Assembly (NCBI GenBank): GCA_045614145.1
Contig: JAZLCH010000010.1
Location: 82,489-146,488, forward strand
DNA: 64,000 nt
From: Candidatus Enterousia sp.
GTDB taxonomy: Bacteria; Pseudomonadota; Alphaproteobacteria; Rs-D84
Direction: 5' to 3'
Numbering within the stretch: position 1 is the stretch's first letter; the number at the start of each line of letters is the position of its first letter. Positions 29,360 through 38,879 of the stretch are shown here, piece by piece. The position numbers and the translations under genes were made by a program. The notes beneath the pieces were generated by a model that did not search any database, was not told the DNA's origin, and worked only from the letters and a program-made list of their open reading frames with translations.

Positions 29360-30981
29360 CAGGAATTGTCGGAAACGATAAAAAATATTTAACAAAATCT
29401 ATAAAGAAAATTTCTGGGCGGGGGCGCGCTTATGTTGTTCAGAATTTATCAGCAGATAAATATATAGCTTTATCCTTTACCAAAACGAACAAAACCCCAC
29501 AACCTGTTCATTTCTTTATAGATGAGTGTTCTGGGGATTTTTGCCTGTTTTACGGTATATTATACGATAAAAGTACAATTTATAAGTTTTTGGAAACAAG
29601 CGCAATATCAGATGATGCCGAACTTATTATGAAATTGTACAAAAAAATAGGGGCTAAATTTATAAAACACCTTGACGGTAGTTTTGTTATTGTTTTAGGC
29701 ACAAAAGGCAAGTTATCGCTAATTTCAGATTATTTTGGCACTAAAACCCTATATTATTCCGCCCCCCCAAATGATTACTTCGTTTTTTCTTCTTCGTTAC
29801 AATCAATATTACGCTATGTAAAAAAAGCCAAGATTTCAGAACGTGCTTTGGCCAGTTATTTACAATACCGTTTTGTTGCTCATCCTCTAACAATATTTGA
29901 AAATATATATAAGATATCGCCAAAACAAATAATCCAAATTGGCAACAAAATAATAAAAAAGCAATACACAAAGGATGTTGTGTCATCAAAATCTTTGAAA
30001 GATTGGGCACAGATTGTAGCAGACTGTCATTCTGATAAAACTGGATTGTTGTTAAGTGGTGGATTGGATTCAAGTATATTGGCATCGTTAACAGAACCAG
30101 TAAAAGCTTTTACTATCTCATACGAAACGCAGCATTCAGATACCGATTTATCTTGTGCAAAACTGGTTGCTGCAAAATTTAGCCATAAACATAACGTTGT
30201 GAAAATGAAATCTCGTGATATTTTGTCCGCTCTGAATAGTTCTATCTGTCAACTTGAAGAACCAATGTATTCTACCATTTCTGCCAGTAGCAACTTTTTA
30301 GCAAATAAAGCAAAAAAATCAGTAAGCACAATGATTACCGGCGATGGCGCGGATGAGCTGTTCATAGGATACAATTATATAAGAACAGCCCTAAACAGTC
30401 AAAATAACGAAATAGAAGAATACAAAAAGCAAATTTCATGGTGCGACGAATTGTTATGCAAACAGCTTCTTGGCAAAAATATTAAACATATTGACCTGAT
30501 TAAAGATACAACAGCGCATTTGGATTCGATATTGGATTTTGAGCAAAATTATCGCTTGCCAAATTATCACTTGTCTAGATTGGAAAAGATAATGGCTGCC
30601 AATAATATCATTGCGTGCACACCTTTTTTGTCGGAACAAATGTTAAATTATGTGTCTGCTTTTACAAATAAAACATTGTATACAACTCCACCAAAAAAAC
30701 ACCTTAGCCAACCATTTGTTGATGTTTTGCCTGTTGAAATTACCACTAGACAAAAACAACCATTTCCAGCTCCTTTTATTACATGGATAGATACATGCCT
30801 ACAAAAAGATATAATCAAGACTTTTTCTAATAAAAAACTAACCTGCAAACTAGGAATAAATCATCGTCATCTATTGGATTTAGCATACAAACAAGAAAAA
30901 CAATATCATGATTATACAACAATTTGGGGATTTTACATGTTGCTGCTATGGGTCAAGAAATTTTATAAACATATTGTTTGA
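29347..30981 (+). CDS. Asparagine synthetase B-like ATP-dependent amide ligase (catalytic Cys absent)
   Basis: MYGITGI (canonical MCGI), DYFGTKTLYY, LLSGGLDSS, GDGADELF.GY, RQKQPF..P. Confidence 0.85.
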   Translation: MYGITGIVGNDKKYLTKSIKKISGRGRAYVVQNLSADKYIALSFTKTNKTPQPVHFFIDECSGDFCLFYGILYDKSTIYKFLETSAISDDAELIMKLYKKIGAKFIKHLDGSFVIVLGTKGKLSLISDYFGTKTLYYSAPPNDYFVFSSSLQSILRYVKKAKISERALASYLQYRFVAHPLTIFENIYKISPKQIIQIGNKIIKKQYTKDVVSSKSLKDWAQIVADCHSDKTGLLLSGGLDSSILASLTEPVKAFTISYETQHSDTDLSCAKLVAAKFSHKHNVVKMKSRDILSALNSSICQLEEPMYSTISASSNFLANKAKKSVSTMITGDGADELFIGYNYIRTALNSQNNEIEEYKKQISWCDELLCKQLLGKNIKHIDLIKDTTAHLDSILDFEQNYRLPNYHLSRLEKIMAANNIIACTPFLSEQMLNYVSAFTNKTLYTTPPKKHLSQPFVDVLPVEITTRQKQPFPAPFITWIDTCLQKDIIKTFSNKKLTCKLGINHRHLLDLAYKQEKQYHDYTTIWGFYMLLLWVKKFYKHIV

Positions 30982-31063
30982 TAATCTGCCTTGCATCATA
31001 TTTACGCCCCCCCCTGTGGCAACACAATAAAATAAAAACCAGCATATTGCCGGCTTTAAACTT

Positions 31064-31140
31064 TGGCGTGCCCAGCAGGACTCGAACCTGCAACCTATTG
31101 CTTAGAAGGCAATTGCTCTATCCGATTGAGCCATGGGCAC
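31064..31140 (-). tRNA. tRNA-Arg(UCU), complete, island-borne
   Basis: GTGCCCATGGCTCAATCGGATAGAGCAATTGCCTTCTAAGCAATAGGTTGCAGGTTCGAGTCCTGCTGGGCACGCCA: 77 nt, all stems pair, anticodon TCT, encoded CCA. Confidence 0.96.
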
Positions 31141-31183
31141 ATAACCAACTTGTGGAATTTTACGCAAATATGCGGCCAATTCC

Positions 31184-31217
31184 TGTGTAACATTCTATGT
31201 AACAAATATGTAACATT
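31184..31217. repeat. Putative integrase arm-type sites, right end
   Basis: Three TGTAACA units; 31195-31217 matches 9467-9489 (22/23). Confidence 0.75.
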
Positions 31218-31344
31218 ATACATACAATTACATACAATTCAATCAATCTGTGTCAAGTTTCATACAGAACTGATTTTCACGCGCACCCGCACAAATCCAG
31301 CATTTATACATCTTTATCCAAATCTATCCATAAAAATTGCGGAC

Positions 31345-31385
31345 GATTAGAAATCTGATGCTCTATCCAGCTGAGCTAAGGGCGC
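31345..31385 (-). pseudogene. 5' half of host tRNA-Arg(UCU)
   Basis: Minus strand GCGCCCTTAGCTCAGCTGGATAGAGCATCAGATTTCTAATC; its acceptor strand GCGCCCT pairs with AGGGCGC of the 3' half at 9351-9357. Confidence 0.93.
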
Positions 31386-31458
31386 AACGCACCTATTTTA
31401 TATCATTTTTTTTAAAATTCAAGTCCCAGATTTTCTCTGCACAAACCAGCACCAAATA

Positions 31459-31860
31459 TCAATCATCCAAAATCCGATTCGCCCGCTCTATCAATTGAAT
31501 CAATTTATCAAAATTCTTTTGTCCCAAACCAGACACCAGGGCGCATATTTTCTCTGATTTTTTTTCATTAAGTCTTTTAAACAAATCTGCGCCACTTTTA
31601 CTGGGCATAACATAGACACTGCGTCCATCTTCGGGCGACGGAACACGCAACACAAAACCACCCGCCATCAAGGCCGACAAATGCGCGCTAAGCATCGGCT
31701 TTGAAACACCCATTATTTCCGCCAAACCCGCCGGCGTATGTGGCCCAGGTGTCGAACACATTATCCCCAACACCGCAAATTCACTGGGCCGAATTGGCAA
31801 TTCAGACATACCCCGCAAAAAACCACGACAAAACTTTATCAGCTCTATATTTTCATTCAT
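31459..31860 (-). CDS. MarR family transcriptional regulator
   Basis: SEFAVL, LAEIMGVSKP, RVPSPEDGRS; start may be 31872. Confidence 0.9.
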   Translation of the reverse strand: MNENIELIKFCRGFLRGMSELPIRPSEFAVLGIMCSTPGPHTPAGLAEIMGVSKPMLSAHLSALMAGGFVLRVPSPEDGRSVYVMPSKSGADLFKRLNEKKSEKICALVSGLGQKNFDKLIQLIERANRILDD

Positions 31861-31886
31861 AGAAACCACCATATTAATTAATTCAC

Positions 31887-31905
31887 ATTAACTATAATAG
31901 TTAAT
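31887..31905. promoter_or_regulatory. Palindromic operator between marR and fabI
   Basis: ATTAACTAT-A-ATAGTTAAT perfect inverted repeat. Confidence 0.6.
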
Positions 31906-32007
31906 TTACATTAATTAAATCAAGGTATTTTTTATCTATTGCACGCCTAAAATATCAATGATACTATTTAACACGTCCAATAAATAATAACCAAAAGGGA
32001 TTTTTAT

Positions 32008-32814
32008 ATGTTATTACAAGGAAAAAAGATTTTAATCACTGGCGTTGCAAACGACTGGTCCATGGCATGGGCAATCGCCAAACGCGCGCATGAGATGGGC
32101 GCAGAAATTGCAATGCCATACGCAATGCCCGCCCTGGAAAAGCGTGTGCGCCCACTGGCAGAATCAATTGGCGCCAAATTTGTCCAAGAATGCAACGTGC
32201 AGAACGATGAACAGATGGACGATTTATTTAATAAAATCGAAGCCGAATGGGGACACATCGACTGCATGTTACATGCGATTGCATTTTCAGACAAAAACGA
32301 ATTAACCGGTCGCTATGCGGACACATCACGCGAAAACTTCAAGAACACTATGGATATTTCTGTATATTCACTGGTTGATTTAACACGTCGCGCATCCCGT
32401 CTGATGAAAAACGGCGGCAGCATCGTTACACTAACATATTACGGGGGCGAAAAATCCGTACCAAACTACAATGTAATGGGGGTCGCAAAATCCGCCCTGG
32501 ACAGCAGCGTCCGATATTTGGCATCAGACCTGGGACGCAACAACATTCGCATTAACGCAATCAGCGCTGGCCCAATCATGACACTTGCATCCAGTGGGGT
32601 TGGCGGATTCAAGGCAATGTTACGCCTGAACGCAGAAACCACTCCTTTACGTCGCAACATGACCCTGGACGACGTATCCGGCGCAGCCGTTTATCTGTTC
32701 AGCGACCTGTCCAGCGGTGTCACCGGTGAAATACATCACGTAGATTGCGGATACTCAACAACCGGCATGTTGCCAAATGAATTAAAAGACGTATTATTAA
32801 AAAACCTGGACTAG
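32008..32814 (+). CDS. fabI: Enoyl-ACP reductase
   Basis: ITGVANDWSMAW.IA, PNYNVMGVAKSAL, NAISAGPI.TLA, TGEI.HVD.G. Confidence 0.96.
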   Translation: MLLQGKKILITGVANDWSMAWAIAKRAHEMGAEIAMPYAMPALEKRVRPLAESIGAKFVQECNVQNDEQMDDLFNKIEAEWGHIDCMLHAIAFSDKNELTGRYADTSRENFKNTMDISVYSLVDLTRRASRLMKNGGSIVTLTYYGGEKSVPNYNVMGVAKSALDSSVRYLASDLGRNNIRINAISAGPIMTLASSGVGGFKAMLRLNAETTPLRRNMTLDDVSGAAVYLFSDLSSGVTGEIHHVDCGYSTTGMLPNELKDVLLKNLD

Positions 32815-32882
32815 CAAAAACGCCCCCGTTTTCGGGGGCGCGGACATGAAACCAATTACGCGTTTTAGTTTTTATTATTTTT

Positions 32883-33095
32883 TTAGCGGTCGCGTGATAC
32901 CGGCCGGTCTATGAACATCCATATCAACCAAATCAATGCGGCAATACCAATGATTGCGTACACAATGTTACTGGCCAAGGTTGCAGGACCAAATAAAAAC
33001 GCAACCAAGTCAAAACCAAAGATACCAACCAATCCCCAGTTCAACGCACCAATAAATGTCAACGGAATAAGAACATAGTTTGTAAGTCCTCTCAT
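32883..33095 (-). CDS. DUF378 small membrane protein
   Basis: IGALNWGLVGIFGFDLVAFLFG...YAIIG. Confidence 0.9.
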   Translation of the reverse strand: MRGLTNYVLIPLTFIGALNWGLVGIFGFDLVAFLFGPATLASNIVYAIIGIAALIWLIWMFIDRPVSRDR

Positions 33096-33227
33096 CTCTT
33101 TTTTCTCCTTTTCAAGGTTTACATTCGTCTTAAGTATAAGACGATGTTATTATAACTATTTTCATCCCTAACGACAATCGGATTAAAACCCCAGGAAACA
33201 TTTCATATAAGCCAAAAGAGCATCTAT

Positions 33228-34169
33228 TTACAAACACTTATCGATATGCGATTTTATACCAGCAATCACATTCTGCGCATCCAATCCCAAACCATACAAC
33301 CGATAATTTTGCATAATAAATTTATTTGCACATTTCAAACACGGCACAGATTTATCATCCCCTGAATATTTCAACGCTGCAAAAAACATAGACGGAAAGA
33401 ACGCCCCCCAAAACCAATTACGCACATCACAGAACGCACCCCACTGATTACAATATTCATAATATGCAATTGCAATTTTTATCGGGTCAACGTTCAGCAC
33501 AGACTTCTGATACGCAACATTCATTATTGACCCTGCGCGACGACGATAGACATACAATTTTTCTGCGACAAAAGTTATACGCTTGACCCACAGTGTATAT
33601 GCCGGCCAAAAAAATTCATCTTCATGCTTTAACCCAACTGGGAACTTTAATTTATGTTCACGAATTATATCACGACGAAAAATCTTACCCCACGCCGCCC
33701 CATAACACAATCCATGACACGAACGATTTATTTCAAAGGTCCCCGGTTTCCGTATCGCAAAGAACCCTGAATCACTATCTTTTAATTCATGATTTGCTTC
33801 ATATATCACATCTATCCCACACACTGCAACATCCGCCCCGTCGGTACAAATTGCCTTGACCATTTTTTCACACATGTTCGGGGCAAACATATCATCAGAA
33901 TCGCAGAACATAACATAGGGCGCACGCACATATTTCATACCATGATTACGACTGTACGACAAACCACGATTACGCCAGTTACGAATAATCCGAATACGCT
34001 TGTCACGGGCGGCATATTCGCGCACAATAGCCATCGATTTATCAGAACCGCGATCATCAACACAGATAACTTCGATATCCTGCATCGTCTGATTTATCAG
34101 CGATTCCATACAATCCCTTACGTATTTTTCAACATTATATATTGGAACTATAACAGATACAGCTGGCAT
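33228..34169 (-). CDS. Glycosyltransferase family 2
   Basis: VSVIVPIYNVEKY, VDDRGSD, FCDSDD, HEDE. Confidence 0.92.
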   Translation of the reverse strand: MPAVSVIVPIYNVEKYVRDCMESLINQTMQDIEVICVDDRGSDKSMAIVREYAARDKRIRIIRNWRNRGLSYSRNHGMKYVRAPYVMFCDSDDMFAPNMCEKMVKAICTDGADVAVCGIDVIYEANHELKDSDSGFFAIRKPGTFEINRSCHGLCYGAAWGKIFRRDIIREHKLKFPVGLKHEDEFFWPAYTLWVKRITFVAEKLYVYRRRAGSIMNVAYQKSVLNVDPIKIAIAYYEYCNQWGAFCDVRNWFWGAFFPSMFFAALKYSGDDKSVPCLKCANKFIMQNYRLYGLGLDAQNVIAGIKSHIDKCL

Positions 34170-34184
34170 TTCGCCCCCCCCTAT

Positions 34185-36815
34185 TTATGATACATGCAGA
34201 CGCATCAACAACAATCGAACAAAATTAATTGGAATTATCAACAACGACAACCCAAATACAATCAACCATTGAACCGGCGACAATGGCGACAACTGTAACA
34301 CCGGACCACCAAATGTCACACAAAACACAGTTGCAGCCACAACCCCAAATGCAACCACCATGAACATAGGATTCATCCTAATACGCGCAAACAAATCAAA
34401 GCCATCCACACGAACGCAAAAACCATTCACAATCGCCATAACAACCAATAACGCAAAACGCGCCGACATATATACAGACGGGCCATCAAAATGATTACGC
34501 ACACCCGGCAACGCCAAAACGCCGAATACAACAACGAAACCGACCGTTGCCCATAAAACCTGATTCAGCAATGACCGCGATATCAGCGGTGCATTTTTTC
34601 CTTGGGCCGGTTCCGTCATATATTCCGGCCGTGACGGTTCACCACCAAACGCCAATGCATTCAGGCTGTCCATAACAATATTAATAATTAAAATCTGCAC
34701 TGCTGTAAACGCATCAAATCCAAACAATATTGGGAACAAGATACTCAACACCACCAACGAAAAATTAATCGGCAATTGAAATTTCAAGAAATTTTTCACA
34801 TTATGCACAAACGTACGTCCCAACAATATACTGTTGGCAATAGATATAAAGTTATTATCTGTAATAATAATATCGCTGGATTCCTTGCATACATCTGTGC
34901 CATCGCCCATTGCAAAGCCAACATCTGCGCGCTTTAACGCGGGCGCATCATTTGTACCATCTCCACACATACCGATACACAAACTTAAAGACTGGGCCAA
35001 TTTTACAATACGCAATTTTGTTGCCGGCGTTGCGCGCGCAATCACACGTATTTTCGGCAATATCCGCAACGCATCTTCATCAGACATATTATCAAATTCT
35101 GATGCCGTTATTGCAATATCATCATCTGACGTTATTATATTACAATCAACCGCAATCGCACGCGCAGTATCCAATATATCCCCCGTTATCATCATAACCT
35201 GAACCCCAGATTTATTCATTGCCTGCACAACATCTGGCACACCGGGTCGCACTTCATCACGCATTGCAACCAAAGAAACGAACACTAAATCATCCGGCAA
35301 CCTTTCATCATCACGCCACCCGCCATCTGGCGAATACGCCAACACAACCAACCGCATCGCACGCGACGCATTTGCCCGTATCAGATTATTAATTTCTGCC
35401 TTATTCAGTTTCTTTACTTCACCACTTGCATCAACATAGGTATTTGCGTGCGCCAACACAATCTCTGGCGCCCCCATAAAGTATGACACGCCATCACCAG
35501 TCCGCACACCTGAAAACTTATTAGCACTGTTAAACGTAATTTTTTTATCAACAACCGTATTGCGCTGAATATCAGAAACTGCAGCCGAATACGCTTGCAT
35601 AGATTCGAACAATGCGCGCGCGGTCATATTTCCACCAATTATATCCCCATCCGGGCCATATGTTGCCCCAGACAGCAACGAAATATTCTTTATAAATATT
35701 TCTTTGACCCGTCCCCCTGTCACCTGGTCGAATAAAATATCTTCGCCACTTCCGGTAAAATTATAGACCGGCTGCAAGAACCCACGCGTCAACGTTCCCG
35801 TCTTATCCGTACACAATATTTGTATATTCCCAGCTTCGGGTATTTTGTGTGGATTTTTCGCCAATATATTACTTTTTATCATCACATTAACATTCTGTCC
35901 TGTAACGATACCGATAATAAATGGCAACCCTTCGGGAACAGCAGCAACAAATATTGTCAACGCAACCGTCAAAGATGAAAATACGGTATAAATCAAACCT
36001 GCCCCGCCAGAAAAATCGTTTTCATTCAGATTTACCACCAACAGAACCGCAAATATAACAATCGCACATATTGAACCAATTTTACTAATTTGTGCCGCTA
36101 AATTATCCAACTGAATCTGCAGAGTTGTCTTAACTTCGTCAATAGAATTCAATGACGCCATAATTTTTGCATTTTCTGTATCTGCCCCAACACGCGCCAC
36201 ACGCATTTTTCCTTCGCCGGCCAGAACAGTTGTTCCCGCAAAGACCAAATGCGCATCAACATAACTGTCCGCATTTATCGACGCATTACGATTATATTCA
36301 TAATTGGATGGAACGGGTATTTTTTCGGCTTCGGTACTTTCACCATTTAAAATAGCATTATTTACACTGACCGCACCATCGACCAGATATCCATCCGCAC
36401 AGATTGTTTCACCAGCCGCGATTACGACAATATCGCCGACGACAACCTCTACACTATCAATACGCTGCACGATGCCATCTCGAACAACATTTGCATACAG
36501 TTGCGAAGACTTCTGGCGTAATTCTTCCGCGCTGCGCTGGGTTTTCATTTTCGTCCAAACAGTTGTTACTGCGACCACCACCAGCACCAGACCGATTCCG
36601 ATTGCTTCTGACACACTGCCATAGCCAGCAGCCCCCAATCCGATAAATATCAGCATCATAAACAACAAAATCAGATTTAATTTGTCCTGGAACACTTCAA
36701 GAAAAAACTGCCACGCCGATTTTAACTTTGGCGCCGGCATCTGGTTTTTACCATACTTTTCACGACTATCCAATACCTGTTCATTGGTCAATCCACGCAA
36801 ATTCATATTGTCCAT
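34185..36815 (-). CDS. P-type ATPase, Ca2+-transporting type
   Basis: PEGLP, DKTGTLT, MITGD, GDGTNDAPALK, FQL. Confidence 0.94.
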   Translation of the reverse strand: MDNMNLRGLTNEQVLDSREKYGKNQMPAPKLKSAWQFFLEVFQDKLNLILLFMMLIFIGLGAAGYGSVSEAIGIGLVLVVVAVTTVWTKMKTQRSAEELRQKSSQLYANVVRDGIVQRIDSVEVVVGDIVVIAAGETICADGYLVDGAVSVNNAILNGESTEAEKIPVPSNYEYNRNASINADSYVDAHLVFAGTTVLAGEGKMRVARVGADTENAKIMASLNSIDEVKTTLQIQLDNLAAQISKIGSICAIVIFAVLLVVNLNENDFSGGAGLIYTVFSSLTVALTIFVAAVPEGLPFIIGIVTGQNVNVMIKSNILAKNPHKIPEAGNIQILCTDKTGTLTRGFLQPVYNFTGSGEDILFDQVTGGRVKEIFIKNISLLSGATYGPDGDIIGGNMTARALFESMQAYSAAVSDIQRNTVVDKKITFNSANKFSGVRTGDGVSYFMGAPEIVLAHANTYVDASGEVKKLNKAEINNLIRANASRAMRLVVLAYSPDGGWRDDERLPDDLVFVSLVAMRDEVRPGVPDVVQAMNKSGVQVMMITGDILDTARAIAVDCNIITSDDDIAITASEFDNMSDEDALRILPKIRVIARATPATKLRIVKLAQSLSLCIGMCGDGTNDAPALKRADVGFAMGDGTDVCKESSDIIITDNNFISIANSILLGRTFVHNVKNFLKFQLPINFSLVVLSILFPILFGFDAFTAVQILIINIVMDSLNALAFGGEPSRPEYMTEPAQGKNAPLISRSLLNQVLWATVGFVVVFGVLALPGVRNHFDGPSVYMSARFALLVVMAIVNGFCVRVDGFDLFARIRMNPMFMVVAFGVVAATVFCVTFGGPVLQLSPLSPVQWLIVFGLSLLIIPINFVRLLLMRLHVS

Positions 36816-36947
36816 CCTTGTGCTTTACCCAGAAATTGATACACATTATACCACACAAACGCAAGTCATAAAATTATATATCATTTATTGACAAACCAGT
36901 TCAAAAAGGCTAATAATAACTCAGAAAAACACAACAAAGGGCCCACG

Positions 36948-37724
36948 ATGTCAACACCGCGTGTTTCTGTAATATTACCCGCATACAATTCAGAAAAATA
37001 TATTGACGAATCAATCAACAGCATCTTAAATCAAACATTCACAGATTTTGAATTAATAATCCTGAACGACGGCAGCACCGATAAAACACCTGAAATCATC
37101 CAGAAATACGCAGATTCTGACAAACGCATAATATTTGTGAACAACCGCGAAAACCGCGGTCTGATTGCTGTCTTGAACCAAGGTTTGGACATGGCACGTG
37201 GCGAATATATCGCCCGCATGGATTCTGACGACATCAGTCTGCCCGAACGTTTCGACAAGCAGGTCAAATACCTGGACAACAATCCAGACGTTGGGGTATT
37301 GGGAACAAAAATTCATGGTTTTGGCGTCATAGACGCCGCAGGGATTCAAATACCTGTTGTGACTGCAATCGACATGTTAAAAGACAACTATATCGCCCAC
37401 CCCAGCGTTATGATACGCAAATCGATAATCGACAAATACAATCTGCGATACAACCCAGACTATATACACTGCGAAGACATGGAACTGTGGTCACGCATGA
37501 TATTTCTGACAAAATTCCACAATATTATGGAAATATTACTGATGTACAGAATTACAGGAAATAATATCAGCACACAAAACTGGAACCATCAAAAAACCAT
37601 GTCTGCACAAATTCGAAATGATCTAAAACGCAGACTAGCCGCTGCAGGAATGATACGGTTAGACGATTTTGGTTTTATCCAAGCCGAAACGCACACCGCG
37701 CAAAAGATTTCTCTGTACGATTAA
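36948..37724 (+). CDS. Glycosyltransferase family 2
   Basis: VSVILPAYN, NDGSTD, ARMDSDD, HPSVM, EDMELW. Confidence 0.92.
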   Translation: MSTPRVSVILPAYNSEKYIDESINSILNQTFTDFELIILNDGSTDKTPEIIQKYADSDKRIIFVNNRENRGLIAVLNQGLDMARGEYIARMDSDDISLPERFDKQVKYLDNNPDVGVLGTKIHGFGVIDAAGIQIPVVTAIDMLKDNYIAHPSVMIRKSIIDKYNLRYNPDYIHCEDMELWSRMIFLTKFHNIMEILLMYRITGNNISTQNWNHQKTMSAQIRNDLKRRLAAAGMIRLDDFGFIQAETHTAQKISLYD

Positions 37725-37791
37725 AATCAAATAAAATCGTTTTGACACCCCAAATGAAATGTTGTACAATTTGCGACGTACGGGGGACCAC

Positions 37792-38163
37792 GTGAAACAC
37801 ATATTCCAATTTTGTATTATAATGATTTTTGTCTTGTTGGGCGAAATATGTGAACACTTTATTCCATTACCCATCGCGGGCAGTATTTATGGACTGATTT
37901 TACTGTTTTTATCGCTGACATTTGGCATAATCAAATTGCACTGGGTCGAAGATATTGCCAACTGGTTTCATGGCACAATGGCGCTATATTTTATTGCGCC
38001 GGCGGTTGCTGTGATTGATATTTGGTCTGACATTCATGACATCTGGTGGATATTGGTTTTATTGATGGTTGTGGCATACTTGGTCACTATGATAACGACT
38101 GGCATTACTGCGGACCGATTAATTCGTGATCCCTGCCCACAACCCCAAGGGGATAAGAAATGA
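37792..38163 (+). CDS. CidA/LrgA family protein
   Basis: PLPIAGSIYGLILLF, four TMs; GTG start after GGGGG; coupled to LrgB. Confidence 0.88.
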   Translation: MKHIFQFCIIMIFVLLGEICEHFIPLPIAGSIYGLILLFLSLTFGIIKLHWVEDIANWFHGTMALYFIAPAVAVIDIWSDIHDIWWILVLLMVVAYLVTMITTGITADRLIRDPCPQPQGDKK

Positions 38164-38858
38164 TTGAATTTTTGACCTATTCCCCATATTTCGGCATTGT
38201 ATTAACACTATCTATGTTTTTATTAGCCGCCTTAATCAATCGTCGCTGGCCATCACCATTCACCACACCATTATTTTTGGCGACAATATTTGTTATATTT
38301 ACATTATTAGAAACAGGGATATCATATTCAGACTATAACCGCAGCGCCCAATATATAACATATTTTCTGGTTCCATTGACCGTATCTTTTGCGGTCCCGA
38401 TGTACAAGCAGTTACCACTGTTAAAACGACACGCATGGTCAATTTTGCTATCTATATTAATTGGCGTTATTTGTTCTGTATTAACAGTAATTTTTATATG
38501 TATTTTCTTTGGTTTTGGGGATATTATCGCCCGTTCATTGGTATCGATATCTGTCACAACTGCAATTGCAATTGGCATTACGGAAAAGTTGGGCGGAATT
38601 ATTGCATTGACTGTTTCATCCGTAATTATAACAGGCATTCTGGGCGCATCCGTCAGCGATATCGTATGTCGCAAACTTGGCCTTCGCAGTGCAATCGCAC
38701 GCGGTCTGGCCATTGGGAACGCATCCCATGCGGCCGGCACAACCAAAGCCATGCAAATGGGCCCCGTCGAAGGCGCACTCAGCAGTATGTCCATCGTATT
38801 ATCAGGCCTGATGACCGCATTGATTGCGCCGATGGCAATATGGTTATTTTTTAACTAA
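38160..38858 (+). CDS. LrgB/CidB family membrane protein
   Basis: SVTTAIA, ARGLAIG.ASHAAGT. Confidence 0.92.
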   Translation: MIEFLTYSPYFGIVLTLSMFLLAALINRRWPSPFTTPLFLATIFVIFTLLETGISYSDYNRSAQYITYFLVPLTVSFAVPMYKQLPLLKRHAWSILLSILIGVICSVLTVIFICIFFGFGDIIARSLVSISVTTAIAIGITEKLGGIIALTVSSVIITGILGASVSDIVCRKLGLRSAIARGLAIGNASHAAGTTKAMQMGPVEGALSSMSIVLSGLMTALIAPMAIWLFFN

Positions 38859-38879
38859 ACGAAAAAAAGGAAGCAAAAA

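Larger units (their letters stand above)
9383..31355. mobile_element. ~22 kb integrative island (satellite-like core plus defence and enzyme cargo) in the tRNA-Arg(UCU) anticodon loop
   Basis: 11-bp direct repeat GATTAGAAATC at 9383-9393 and 31345-31355; removing the interval rebuilds a 77-nt tRNA-Arg; contains integrases; visibly more AT-rich than the flanks. Confidence 0.93.

Noticed and set aside
9394-31344. The tRNA interruption as an intron or trans-spliced split tRNA
   Set aside because: The 22-kb insert has integrases, att-core duplication and arm sites; I see no group I intron structure or complementary leader/trailer sequences.
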